From Chrysomallon squamiferum (lineage: Eukaryota; Animalia; Mollusca): a DNA stretch of 64,000 nucleotides. Of the stretch, positions 52,201 through 64,000 are shown one piece after another; the stretch's first letter is position 1, and each line of letters begins with the position of its first letter. The stretch is taken from the NCBI GenBank assembly GCA_012295275.1, contig CM022673.1, positions 13,330,001-13,394,000 on the forward strand. The letters run 5' to 3'. The notes below the pieces were generated by a model. The model saw only the letters and a program-made list of their open reading frames with translations. It did no database searches and was not told where the DNA came from. Made by a program: the position numbers and the translations under genes.

Positions 52201-54248
52201 GGGCAGATGTTGTTTTGTTTGATTTGCCAACTAGCGGCAGTATATTTGAAGCTCGCTCATAATTCAGATTTTGGCTCACAATGCAAAGCAAAAAATCTAC
52301 CAGGCAACTGCTCGTAACTCAGAACACTTGTAAGAAGGTGCACTGGTAAGTCAAGCTACCACTGTAATGATAATTTCTCAGAACTGTTACCTCTCCATCA
52401 TCTCTGATGGCCTCTGGTCCATGCCAATGATGTCACGTTCCTGAGCTACAGCATCAAGAAACAGATCTTCCCAGAACTGCAGTTGATCCCACAGTCTGCT
52501 GCGTTCCTTTCCTAGGAGAAACAAATAATTTATTTAAAAACCTTACTTAATCAACAACTTGAAGAAAGAAGTAACTAGTTAATTATTAAAACAGTTAAAA
52601 TCAATGATTCTACAAACAGACCTAATTTAACTTCTAACCACAAAGTGAACACACTAAATTATTAATTAAGCACACAGAGAGAGAAACAATAAATTGTATA
52701 ACATAATAAAAAAGATATATTTAAGTAGCATTGTTATATGTGCAGTTTTCATTGGGGTTTTTTGATACAAGAGTTACTAACCAAGCATTCCTTCAAACAG
52801 GTAGGTTTTGACAACATTTGTGTTCTGCTGTAGTAAAGCGGTGTTTATCAGTTTTCCATCCGTGTAGCGGTAACCAACACTCAAACTGCTCTTTGCACTC
52901 CACGAACTCGGAGAACGATTTCTCTTGTTGAATCTCATCACCTAGATTAAACATTTCTTCTTAGTAACATTATTAACTTGTTATCTTTATTTATTATATA
53001 TATATATATTTTTTTTTTTAATACATAAATTATCTTAATTTATAAAGAACATATTATGTTTACAACTAATTTTGAAGAAAACCAGAAATATATAAAATCA
53101 ATATTACCGCTAAAGAAATTTAATCTCTTCTTCACAAATTTTTTAATATCGAATAAAATTATTATTCTGTTTTATGATAATCACAATTTGAATTTCTAGT
53201 AAAAAAAAAAATCCCACAAAAAACACAAATAATAAACAAATAAATAAATAAATAAATAACACTAACAAAAACAACCATAAAACATGCTTCACAATAATCT
53301 CTAAGTTCTAAATAATTTTTCATCATTATTTTTGAGTAAAAAGTGTAATAAAATATGTTTTATTTGTGTTTTTTTAGCAAAAATTATATAACTGTCACAT
53401 ACCCCTGATGATTCCATTTCACTGTCACTGAGTGCACTGCGTATGGAGTGATGATTAATACGAGATCGTTTTCTGTGTTCATCGTCTTTCTCAGAACTAG
53501 TGCTCACCAGCGTACTGGCCTCGGAGATTTCAGAGTCCATGCTGTTGAACTTATCAAGTCTCTGTGACTTCAACAACTCCTTGTTTCGCACCATGTCATG
53601 CATCATGTCACCAGACCGTGCTGACATGGTTGACTGATCCAGATCAGTCACAATGATATCACAAGTTCGTGCCGGAGCAGGAGGAGCTGAGGATGGGGGT
53701 GGTTTGCCCACATTTTTGTTCAGGTCTATCACCTGCCTTGTGGAACCCCCACCGGAATTGTCTGAGTGCCCACTGCTGTCTGACATCACCGGGATTTCTA
53801 AATTCTCAAACTCATCTCCATTGACAATAACTGGTGACCCTGGGAAAAAAAAAAAAAAATATATATATATACAGAATTTTATTTTTTCTACCCACATTAT
53901 TGTTAAAATAATATATACATATATAATTTATTTTTTTATTTACTCACTTATATCATTATTATTATTTTATTAATTGTTACTAAGGAATAATATAATCAAA
54001 TGAATGAAACAAAGAAAAATCATTTATATCCAAATATATGAAGATTAATTTATATTCAAAACAAAGAAAAATACCATTCACATGTAAATGTACTATGAAT
54101 AATGCATATTCAATTTAAGAAAAAGCATTTATAATTAAACAGTCTAATGGATAATGTATAAAGTAGTCATCACTTTAATTAGTAAATCTGTTTAGTTTGG
54201 TTACTAAATGTTTGTAAAATTAAACATATATGTCTGGCTGTCTGCCTC

Positions 54249-54281
<33 letters not shown>

Positions 54282-57200
54282 AATGACAATAATAATGTGT
54301 AAAACTGAAAAACATAATAATAAATAAAAATGAATATTTTACACACACACACGCACACACACATTTAATCATCACCACATAATTTAGAATATATTTGATG
54401 TTTCACACAAAACTATTTAGCATTTAGTGACAAACCAAATTAATTTGTGAACAGAAACTATATGCAGCTGTTTCCATTTTATTATTAAAAACTATCAGGG
54501 GTCAAACCTGTAGGTGAATATTTACAATGTATTTGCTGACAACACACACCTTAAGTACTAACAAATACCAGGTCTCATTAGTATTAATGAAAAATAAAGA
54601 ATTTTATATGTATTAATTAACTTAGTAATTTACACATTCTCTTAGGCACACAGTTCAGTCATCTTTGATGTTATTAATGAACAAGAAGTCTACTGCAAAA
54701 AGGTTTAAGAGAGATTCAATGCTGGAAAACAGGTACAGAACTGCTATCAGAATGTGATGAAGTGATCACTTTGTGATTCTTTGATGGATCCTCAGAATGA
54801 GGCAGTCACACTAGTGGAGGCTGTCAGAAAGTATGATCAATTTTGCTCTGAACATAACTGACGTATGTGAACTTTTGGCTATAGAAACAATATTAAATAT
54901 GAATATGCAGTAAAAAAAAAAATAATAATAATAAAAAAAAAAATGTTAAAAATGAATAATAACCAGTGAAAACTGCCATCAAGTAATGAACAATCAGCAG
55001 TACAAAAACAAAATCAAGTAGAACAGCTTATGATAAACAACTGTCAAGTATGAATAAACTGCAGTACAAAAAACCATCAAGTATGAACTGTTTGTGACAG
55101 AGAATTATCAAGTATAAACAACCTATATGTATGATGAGTCAGCCCAAAAACAATCATCAAGTATGATCAAGTATAAACAACCCACAAGTGTGAAGAATCC
55201 GCAACAGGAAACAATCAATAAGTATGATCAAGTATGATCAAGCATTATCAAGTATTTACAACCTACATATATGAAGAGTCGGCAACTGAAACAATCAACA
55301 ACTGTGATCAAGTATTATCAAGCACTATCAATCTACAAGTGAGAGAGTCAGCAACAGAAACAATCAACAAGTGTGATCAAGTACTATCAATCTACAAGTG
55401 TGAAGAGTTAGCAACAGAAACAATCAACAAGTGTGATCAAGTACTATCAATCTACAAGTGTGAAGAGTCAGCAAAAGAAACAATCAACAAGTGTGATCAA
55501 GTACTATCAATCTACAAGTGTGAAGAGTCAGCAACAGAAACAATCAACAAGTGTGATCAAGTACTATCAATCTACAAGTGTGAAGAGTCAGCAACAGAAA
55601 CAATCAACAACTCTGATCAAGTACTATCAATCTACAAGTGTGAAGAGTCAGCAACAGAAACAATCAACAAGTGTGATCAAGCACTATCAATCTACAAGTG
55701 TGAAGAGTCAGCAAAAGAAACAATCAACAAGTGTGATCAAGCATTATCAAGTATTTACAAACTACAAGTGTGAAGAGTCTGCAACTGAAACAATCAACAA
55801 CTCTGATCAAGTACTATCAATCTACAAGTGTGAAGAGTCAGCAACAGAAACAATCAACAAATGTGATCAAGTACTATCAATCTACAAGTGTGAAGAGTCA
55901 GCAACAGAAACAATCAAGAAGTGTGAAGAGTCAGCAACAGAAACAATCGTCAAGACCAACCTGAGTCAGTGCTAGTACTGGGTGATTTCTCAATGTTTGC
56001 TGCTGTCAGGGGCAGAGGCCGACCCTGCTCTCGCTCCCTCTCAGACCACCACCCACTGTGTGTTTGACCCTGCCCAAGCATGCGTGGCTGATGGTGTGGC
56101 CCTGTTGAGGAGATGGGATTAGTACTGTGCTAACCAGAGCCTTTGGATCACTGCCACTTCAGTGTCACCATGTGACCAGCAAAACACTTGTCAACCATGG
56201 ATGATTGTTTTTTTAATGTTTTTTTTAATTTAAATTGTCAAGATGAAATCAAAGCCAGGAAAGACCCCTGAGAGTTAAACTATTTTCAAAAATTCCATCA
56301 CATTCAGTTTATCTTATTTTTCAGTTTCTAACTAAATTCACCAAGTGTCAAAGAGATACAAAGACTCTGGTTAAAAGAAAGCAATGAAGCAAAGAACAAA
56401 GAACCATAACCATGAAATTAAAAAAAAAAAAATTAAAAAAAATATATATAATAAAATTAAAAAATAAATTAAAAAATATATATATAAAATCCTTCACAAA
56501 AATTATTTAAAGGTATTTAATTTATTATTATTATTTTGTTTTTAAATTAAAATTTAAAAAACACATTTAAAATTATCATCTTCAACTTTTTGTATGCTTA
56601 AAAACTAAATAGGTTCTTTAGCAGACTGATCCACTGATAAATGTAAAAACACTCTTGATGTATAATGAAAAAAATTAAATTACTTTTTAAAGTTCTATTT
56701 TATTCTCAAAAATTAAAATGGTAAATGGTAACTTAATCTTAAAGATATATTCATTTATTCATTATTAAGATAAAATTTAAAAGCACTCCTGAATAATAAA
56801 TAAGCTCTCTGTCAGAAAGGAAATTCTAAAGAAGAAACCCAGACCAAAGCTGTTTCAGCTAAAAGTGTTCAGTTACTGGTGATATAAAATCCACTTTCAC
56901 CAGAATCTGCTTCACGTAGCAAACATGTAAATGCATCAGACTTCAACTTGGACACATTCTATGTATACATTCCAGTGAGGTTAAAATTAGATTACAATGA
57001 TGTTATCTCTTTCAAAAAAGAAAGTTTAATACACAGAGGTTTTGTTTAGCCCAAACCAAGAGTAGTGTTAAATGATAAGAAAATGTGTTAAATGTGTGTT
57101 TTCTGTACTCTCACCAATAACTGTTGGTCCATGTTCTTCAGAAAGGTTCTGGACATTGGATTTCTGCATAGAGTCACCTTCTTTGGAAGATGCCAAGCTT

Positions 57201-60200
57201 TCATGACTCCCATGAAATGATGCCATCTGGAGAATAAAAATATTTCATCAATATTCGTGAAAACAACACACAAGAAGTCAAACTGAGAATAAAATATTAT
57301 ATAGTAATTCATGAAACAACAACTTTCTGTGAATAAAATTATATCAATACTCATCTAATTAAAATGTTTAAATATTAATTTTATATTAGTGTTAAATACA
57401 TAGTCCATCATGACAATATGAGAGAGCAAACCAACTATTAATTACAGACTGGAGCAAATCATATTTTAAGTCACCTTCCTCCAGTTAGAAAATTTAATCT
57501 TTCATTTTCAAAATTACTACTGGACTTACATTAACTAACATCAGTTTTTTAATCTATTACAACATTAGTTTCTGATCTTACTACTGCTACTTACATCTGG
57601 GGTGAGACTGTCACTGCGGTTGCTGTTGGCACCTATGATTTCTCGACACCAGTAATGAGTGTGTAGTATTTCCATCAACATGAAAGCACTAGCCATTCCC
57701 CCAGTCCATGGTTCTGGTAAGTGTGCTCCAAACCATGGCAAATTGCTTTGGCCACTGTCAACATTCCTTTGAAAATGGTACGATTTACACACTGAAATAA
57801 TAATAAAATTATCACTGGTTAATGTATATTAAAACAGTTTTGATTTGAGCTGAAAAAGGAGATATATAATTCTTCTAAAAATCATATACTTTTTGTTAAA
57901 GGCAAATTATAATTTATAATGTACACTTTTAATACAACTGTTTACTCATCAATTTTACCTTAAAAGTTATCACTGATGAATTGCAGGTCTTTGGAAATAC
58001 AATACCACTGCTTGTATTTTATATCAAAATTTACTACTGCATAGCAGCCACTGTTGGAAACAAAAATTATAAAACACATAAATGCAATTAAGTCTCAGCA
58101 GTTTCTGATTTACTGCATATACCACTCTTCTTCTTTTAACCTGAAGTGTATTTCTTAAATGCTCTTCAAAGATGATTTCTGATTTTCAATTCATCTGAAT
58201 GAACTAAGGAATAAAACTTGAAAAAAGAAAAAAAAACGGAGTAAAGGACTCACCACATCTTCCATATGGCTCACATCATCTGGTTGTCTTCTGTCAAGGT
58301 TTTTGTTGAGTCGGCTGATGATAAAGTTTCTGTAATTTTCATCCTCCATCAATTTTTTAATACGGGTCAACTTGAGCCAGCTGACACCCTGCCCCTCCAA
58401 CACACTCTTCACAACCTCCTTCAGAAACTGCTGATTTTCACTGCAGAAGTAAAGTGTTATAACACTCTAACAGACTAACATAACTTTGATAAAAAATAAA
58501 CATGCATGAAATGTGAGATTTTCCAAACCTTTAATCAAGATAAATAGTGTTTGAAAAGTGTTTAGGAAAAACAATTAAGACTTCAGAATGTTAGAATTAG
58601 ATCATTTATAAATAAATAAAACTACCTGTTGGAAGAACTTCTGGTATCTACAGAAGGCTGTTTGCGTATTTCTGGTCTGTTGCTTGAAGCATGTTTCACT
58701 AGACCTGATTTCTCAACTAAAGCCTTGCGAGGACCTACAAAAATAAAAAGTTAAAGATAAATATTACATTACAAAATATTTTTTTAAATAAAATAAATAA
58801 ACAAACAAACAAACAAAAAAAAAAAAATATAAATAATAAAAATAAATAAATAAATAAATAAATAAAAAAAAAATTATTAATGTTGGCTAAACAAATAAAA
58901 AAAAAAAATAATAATAATAATAATAGTAAAAAGGAAATTTATATTTAAAAAGCACAAAACAAATTCAAAGCTTACCAAGGGGAGTGAACTGTTTGGGGGG
59001 AGGCTTGTTAGGTGGTGCATTATGAAAGCCTTTATTCCCCTGGGGTACATTTTGCTTATTGCTTCCTGAAAACAACACATATTTAAAATTCGCTTTAGCA
59101 TTCTCTTAGTATTTAAGTCCTTGCAAAACAAAAACAGAAAAATGAATACATATTTAATTAAGGCACTGTATAAAATAAATACTGTTATTAGTAGGGGTGA
59201 GATAACTGCTGAATTTATAGCAGTTAGTAGAACTGGTACTCTGAAATATAATAGCTGAGCTTGTATTTATTTAAATAATTTTCACCATCAATGGTAGTCC
59301 CATTTAATACTTATCTTAAATTTGTTTTACCCACCTGGAGAATCATTTGACATATCATTAATGGGCATTATGAAAACTAAAGAAAGCACTGAGTAGTCTC
59401 AAGACAGTATGTAATGTAATTGTGAAGAAAATAATATTTGTGATAGATAATTCAGGTGTAAGTGTTTACCAAAGAGTTCTGACATTGTTGTAGTTGCAGA
59501 CTGAGCCATGTCAGTCAGTTCGTTGCTAATGGTGGAGATGATTGAGGAACCAGATGACTTCTCCGAGTCTCGATCACTTGGAGGCTAGAAAAAAACACAA
59601 AAAAATAAAACACAAAATAATAATAAAAACAACAACAACAATAACAACAACTGCAATAGTAATAATAATAATTATATTAACAACAAAATACCACCAGAGA
59701 CACATTTAAACAGTCTTAAAAGCAATTTAGTTGTAATAGAATTAGAATAATACTAATACTAATACTAATACTAATACTAATACTACTACTACTAATAATA
59801 ATAATAATATTTCTCAGTACCCTCAGAGTTTTTCTTGTTGATCCACTGGAGCCACCACTGGACACACTGCCCCTCTCATTCCTGGAGAATGCTCTGTTAC
59901 CAGACAGTGGGTTCAGCGCGACAGGAGGTTTGTCTGTGGATTCAAAGCTGGCTGAGTTTGGGTTATTCATGCGTATCACCTGCACATTGGCTGGGTGTGG
60001 AGACTTTCGTAATGAATCTGGAGAGCTCTCTGGTTGACTTAAAAATCATAATAATACATTTTTAATTATTTAAAATTTTTATTTTGAAGAAACAGTAAAA
60101 CTATGATATATATTAAAAAAAAATAAACTTGAATTTTTTACATTTTATTATTATCAGATTAAAATGATTTTAAATGAAATAATGTCTAGTCTTTCCCTTC

Positions 60201-63200
60201 AAAAAATCCAAATTTTTATTTTGTTCCCCCATTTGTTTATTAAAACACTTCACTTTTTATCTATAGTATAGTACATATTATTTTTATTTTTGGTAAAAGA
60301 TCTATGGGGTTATGCATAACATTCATCACACAACATGGAAAAACAAAAGTATTTATATTAGTTATTTTAAATGTAGTTAAATATTCAACAAAGCACTATA
60401 AAGACTAAATTTTCAGAAATATGCTTAATTAAAAATGAAATAAAGTTGTTTTACCTGCTGATGGACTGTCCAATCATTGACACATGACCTGAATCATATC
60501 GAAATATGTGGGCTTCTTCATTCTGAAAATGTATTTTGAATTATTTCTCAACTTGATTTATATTGACAATTAATTATACCTATAATTATTTTATATATAT
60601 ATTTAGTACAAAATAATCTTTAATACATTTTTACCTGAAGTGAAGTAGTTAAAACAAATATATGCGCATGCACACACACACACACACACACTCATTATAG
60701 ATGTATCTATTACACATTCATTTGCAAAAAAATATTATCCTAAAATAGAAATTGCTATGTACTAAAATAATTTAAATACAAACAATATATTGTTAATATA
60801 TTATGGTATAGGATTAACATGCATTATCATATTGTGAAAAGAAAATGATGTCTATGACAAAGCACCATTATCATTATATATCAGTTCATTATTTTAAAAT
60901 AAACATATCAGATATTATTATGATTCACTGCGACACTGTCAAACAGACTATTTTCAGTACTGAGAAAACATCACTATATAACAGTTATGCATTATTTTAA
61001 TTTATCACAAACTATTAACATATTTTATCATGTAAAAAGAAGCAATTGCCTATGACTAAACATCATTATAGATTAGTACACACTGTATATTATTAACACA
61101 AATTACAATTATGGTAAACAAATTTCTGTGTGAACAGAACATCATTATGTATGAGTAATTTATTTTAAAATAAATATAATCCATATACCAATTAACATGC
61201 AGTACTTGTATTTGATGACTAAATTGTTTTTAACCTACAGCTTACGATCAACACAAATCAGCTCAACATAACCAGTATTAGAATATATATCAGTCCATCA
61301 TTACGCTATTAATAAGTTATTAGACACAGCACCTCATTATCTTTCATATGCTGATCCTTCGGTACATCCTGGCTGTATGTAGGACTGGATGACTCAGACG
61401 AACTGACGTCACTGTCAGGTAGTGACAGGGCTGAGTCACTATTAGTGACTGGAGTCTCGGGCACATGCAGTGTACTGGGTGGACAGAATACTTTGGACTC
61501 ATCAACTGCGAGAACCTGGTTCTCGCGATAAAATGCTGTTAAATGAAAGATGCGTCATGCTTAGATGTATGCTGTTAGTTCACTATGTTAATGATTATGT
61601 TAGTTAAATTATTATTATTATTAAAGTCGTTAGTTTGATAGTGGTAATGTATCACATAATGCAGTAAATTGCTGTTGCATGCTGTTAAGTATTTATTATT
61701 TACTATGTATTATTACTACGCAGTTATTATTAATCTAATGTTACTATTATTTTTAATGTCACAGGAAAGGCCATTCAGATTAAAATAAATATTAAAGCTA
61801 TGTGGTTTTAACACATAATTGATGTGCTGATAATAGTTTAAGCTCATACTATTTGTTGATGTTCATCGAGTTAAATGCATGCATCTGCAAGACATCCAGT
61901 AATGTCTATAACATTACTATGTATAAAACATGCAGAATAAGCATGAAATCTTCACACCAAGGTATATTTTTTAAAATGTGGTTTGAAAAATAATGCAAAT
62001 GTTTCATTCACTAACTTAATATTTATTTAAAACATTGTTGTCAGCAGTAAATATTCATTTTTCTTAAAGTTTTTTATTGTGTTGTTTTTTGTGGGATCTT
62101 GTTATTGCTGTGAAGTATTTATATTAAACACGGAATAATAAAAAGTTGGTGTCATTGATTTTACTGTCTGTTTTGTGTGAAAAGAAAATATATGTATATT
62201 CGGCACATCTGAACAGCAGTTAAAATTTTAAAATAGTTTTTCTTTTATTTCCTTTACCAACGATCTGAAGAGTTATTTCTGGTGGGTTTAAAATAATATT
62301 TTATAAATTGTTTATGTATGTGCAAAACAAGCATAACAAATTATATATGTTCATTTGCATCCAAACTGAACATGTCAAATATATTAATTAAATTGACAAT
62401 ATCCCAGAATAATGGCTAGTGAGTAGCGAAGTTAGTGTGAACCACCAATGAATACAGCATAGCTTTCTGGTGTCCAATATATAATAAGACTACATATATT
62501 AAATAAGATAAATGCTTTTTTTGTGTACAATATTGTACAAAGTGTTGTATAGTTTAACTTATATATGGATTATCTAATTACACTTGAACATAATTATTAA
62601 TACATTTATATTACAGAAATATATGTAGTTTCTACCTGGAGACTCTCCATCTATTTCGCTGTTGACCATATCAGTGACGAAGTCACTAAGAGAGGAATAG
62701 GAAGAACTGGTACTTTCTGCTCCTTCGCTGTCACTGCCACTTTCATCTGCAACCATTATATTTTTAATATACACCTGTATGGAAGTACATGCTAACACAC
62801 ACACAGACCAACAACATAATATACACACACATTAAGTAAGCCATGTTCAGGAAACATTTAAATAGCCGAGTTAAAAATCTTTGTCTTAAATCATTTTATC
62901 AATCAAGAGGACATATCTATATTTGAGTTTTGAAAGAGATACAGATATAAATATACACACAAACAAATACACCAATACACCAACATACACACATACCTGT
63001 ATGTACACATAAACTTACACATACACATACATGTATAAACATAAAATGTTAACTCAGTTACAATCTGTGTTCAAAATATTAGTAATTTAATAATGATAAC
63101 AGAAAATGATGTAGGCACCTCCTGAAACCAAATACGACAGGACGATATCAGATAAAAGAAAATTCTTTGCTTATAAATACTTGGATTGGGATGGTAAGAG

Positions 63201-64000
63201 TGGAAATAGATAAATATCCTGAGAAAATATTATCAATATTTACAGCTGTTAGAGATTCAGAAGCAATTTCACACAAATATGATAATAAATGTTAAGAAAG
63301 ATGTATTGTACCTGTTGGAATTTCGTCACTGTACATCTCAGAGGTAGAGCTTAATGCTGCACCAAGAGTGGAGTTTTCATCATACACTTTAAACTCCAAG
63401 GGCTGCAGATGTTGGGCATACCACTTTGGTTTGTCACCAATTAGGGAGGGGTCATATACACCTGTCTGGACCCGCAGGTAAACAACATTTAGTGGACACA
63501 GTGACCACTCCCCAAAATACTCCACAGCCTGTAACAGAACAAAATTCATTTATTTGTGTGTCTTTCTTAATAATAAACAAATTTTGTTAAATTCAATGTG
63601 TGTTAAGAATTAAAAAGCTGTCACAAATGTATTAAGCTAGTTATGAAATATGCTAACCATCTGAAAATTAATGTAAATATATTTGTAATTGAACCACATG
63701 AAATTTATTTAAAATAAAAAAAACCACAAAACTTCAAAAAAAAAAAAAAAAAAAAAAAAAACAAAGATAAAGAAAAAGGCTAAATAAAGTAAGAAATTTT
63801 TATATAAATTGTAATAAAAAAGAAAAAATGTTTACCACTCAAAAAACACATTACAAGATAAAAGCTGTAATAAAATGACATCCAAAAAACTTAAATTTTT
63901 GTTACAAGGAATTCTAAGTTTAATGTTTTAAACAAGTTTAAACAGCTAACTTACCTGTGTTCTAGCTAGCCGGGCTGTGAAGTGAGTTTTTATTGGTCGA
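35602..64000 (-). CDS. MADD: MAP kinase-activating death domain protein (MADD / Rab3-GEF / AEX-3, DENN family), 3' part; 5' end lies beyond the right edge
   Basis: Hallmark motifs in order: [130 protein letters not shown]. Exon phases are consistent except for one 1-nt deletion at 57698-57702. Confidence 0.95.
35810..36170. repeat. Degenerate 21-bp tandem repeat (aatgactagaagtattgtcta)
   Basis: Three near-perfect copies at about 35951-36013, flanked by decayed copies. Confidence 0.75.
38217..38342 (-). CDS. MADD: MADD alternative terminal exon ([18 protein letters not shown]...QTFLI*)
   Basis: ttttgctag acceptor, phase 0, 41 codons plus stop, complex sequence inside an AT-rich intron. Confidence 0.6.
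   Translation of the reverse strand, partial: NNEAALMLHRIITVRWAKLGNMRKKIDENGNSMHFVQTFLI
40719..40765 (-). CDS. MADD: MADD exon ([16 protein letters not shown])
   Basis: tttcag acceptor, ATG|gtgagt donor; conserved HKYK. Confidence 0.9.
40910..40985. repeat. (GA)n microsatellite
   Basis: Seen directly. Confidence 0.95.
43877..43949 (-). CDS. MADD: MADD exon ([24 protein letters not shown])
   Basis: Conserved; G|gtaagg donor. Confidence 0.92.
45447..45455 (-). CDS. MADD: MADD 9-nt microexon (DLE)
   Basis: aacag|GACCTGGAG|gtaact, phase 0-0, with a TGC/TCTC-rich upstream tract. Confidence 0.7.
49657..49763 (-). CDS. MADD: MADD exon ([11 protein letters not shown]...ANSK)
   Basis: Conserved; AAG|gtaagc donor. 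Confidence 0.92.
50076..50148 (-). CDS. MADD: MADD exon ([16 protein letters not shown]...)
   Basis: Conserved. Confidence 0.92.
50539..50703 (-). CDS. MADD: MADD exon (VCDDC...QFYTKK)
   Basis: 165 nt, conserved. Confidence 0.93.
51077..51184 (-). CDS. MADD: MADD exon (YGNDIDLRP...LFME)
   Basis: 108 nt, phase 0-0. Confidence 0.92.
51590..51806 (-). CDS. MADD: MADD death-domain-region exon
   Basis: [12 protein letters not shown]...[15 protein letters not shown]. Confidence 0.93.
52391..52511 (-). CDS. MADD: MADD exon ([21 protein letters not shown]...)
   Basis: Highly conserved. Confidence 0.93.
52782..52941 (-). CDS. MADD: MADD exon (...TYLFEGML)
   Basis: Conserved YLFEG motif; phase 0-1. 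Confidence 0.9.
53403..53839 (-). CDS. MADD: MADD exon (GSPVIVNG...[14 protein letters not shown]...)
   Basis: ORF 53301..53897; GGG|gtatgt donor. Confidence 0.88.
55150..55955. repeat. 60-bp minisatellite (about a dozen copies) in a MADD intron
   Basis: Unit gtactatcaatctacaagtgtgaagagtcagcaacagaaacaatcaacaagtgtgatcaa repeats in register across successive 60-nt lines. Confidence 0.95.
55961..56101 (-). CDS. MADD: MADD putative cassette exon (GPHHQPRML...STDS)
   Basis: ctaat branch point, pyrimidine tract and cag acceptor; CAG|gttggt donor; 141 nt, phase 1-1, no stop. Confidence 0.65.
57115..57226 (-). CDS. MADD: MADD exon ([13 protein letters not shown]...)
   Basis: ctccag acceptor, G|gtgaga donor. 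Confidence 0.8.
57595..57791 (-). CDS. MADD: MADD exon with an apparent 1-nt frameshift
   Basis: [11 protein letters not shown]...HGL then GGMASAF...THYW in a different frame; 197 nt where phase 0-0 requires 198. Confidence 0.88.
58254..58440 (-). CDS. MADD: MADD exon ([11 protein letters not shown]...)
   Basis: Conserved; GTG|gtgagt donor. Confidence 0.92.
58626..58734 (-). CDS. MADD: MADD exon ([15 protein letters not shown]...)
   Basis: Conserved motif; phase 1-2. Confidence 0.88.
58976..59065 (-). CDS. MADD: MADD exon (GSNKQN...QFTPL)
   Basis: Phase 1-1, 90 nt. Confidence 0.8.
59470..59584 (-). CDS. MADD: MADD exon (PPSDRD...SELF)
   Basis: Phase 0-1, GT-AG. Confidence 0.8.
59821..60037 (-). 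CDS. MADD: MADD exon (SQPESSPD...TRKTLR)
   Basis: ttttaag acceptor, phase 2-0. Confidence 0.75.
60455..60522 (-). CDS. MADD: MADD exon ([15 protein letters not shown]...)
   Basis: Phase 0-2; bridges the neighbouring exons. Confidence 0.75.
61333..61535 (-). CDS. MADD: MADD exon (AFYRENQ...FCPPSTL...)
   Basis: taacag acceptor, GAG|gtgctg donor, open frame. Confidence 0.8.
62636..62746 (-). CDS. MADD: MADD exon (DESGSDS...SSLSDFV)
   Basis: Phase 1-1, 111 nt. Confidence 0.9.
63312..63528 (-). CDS. MADD: MADD exon (AVEYFGEW...)
   Basis: GT-AG sites; ORF 63292..63549. Confidence 0.92.
63955..64000 (-). CDS. MADD: MADD exon (partial, [15 protein letters not shown])
   Basis: CAG|gtaagt donor; dDENN region. 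Confidence 0.85.

Noticed and set aside
53653-53973. Plus-strand ORF (also 49593, 58266, 59835 and 35475)
   Set aside because: Antisense shadows of MADD exons.
54640-54880. Complex intronic sequence as an extra MADD exon
   Set aside because: Stops occur in all frames tested from the plausible acceptors.
55234-55975. 179/180-aa repetitive ORFs, and the array as a possible CRISPR
   Set aside because: The units are contiguous tandem copies with no unique spacers and no cas genes, in a eukaryotic intron. The ORFs follow from a stop-free unit whose length is a multiple of 3.
35602-64000. MADD as a pseudogene
   Set aside because: Only one homopolymer indel; all other exons and splice sites are intact and conserved.

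Overview
AT-rich, microsatellite-dense animal genomic DNA with spliceosomal GT-AG introns. It is most consistent with a gastropod mollusc, inferred from SINE-like fragments and protein similarity recalled from memory. Three protein-coding genes lie on the minus strand. (1) The 5' part of a Drat-like medium-chain dehydrogenase/ADH-fold gene with degenerate zinc motifs (CDS 1803 to beyond the left edge). (2) A complete ESE-class (EHF/ELF3/ELF5-like) PNT+ETS transcription factor: 8 coding exons, 412 aa, 10192-13616. It has an atypical ETS recognition-helix C-terminus, a palindromic NF-kB site in the promoter, and a CpG-rich regulatory domain with CRE palindromes. (3) The 3' part of MADD/Rab3-GEF (more than 24 exons, 35602 to beyond 64000). 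MADD shows a 1-nt homopolymer frameshift (probably an assembly error), a 9-nt microexon with a neural-type splice context, and two alternative terminal exons encoding different C-terminal helices, plus weaker truncating-exon candidates. A visible CpG-rich/CpG-poor boundary near 29 kb suggests mosaic gene-body methylation. No prokaryotic system, CRISPR array or RNA gene was found. All exon models were derived by hand; no database search was run.
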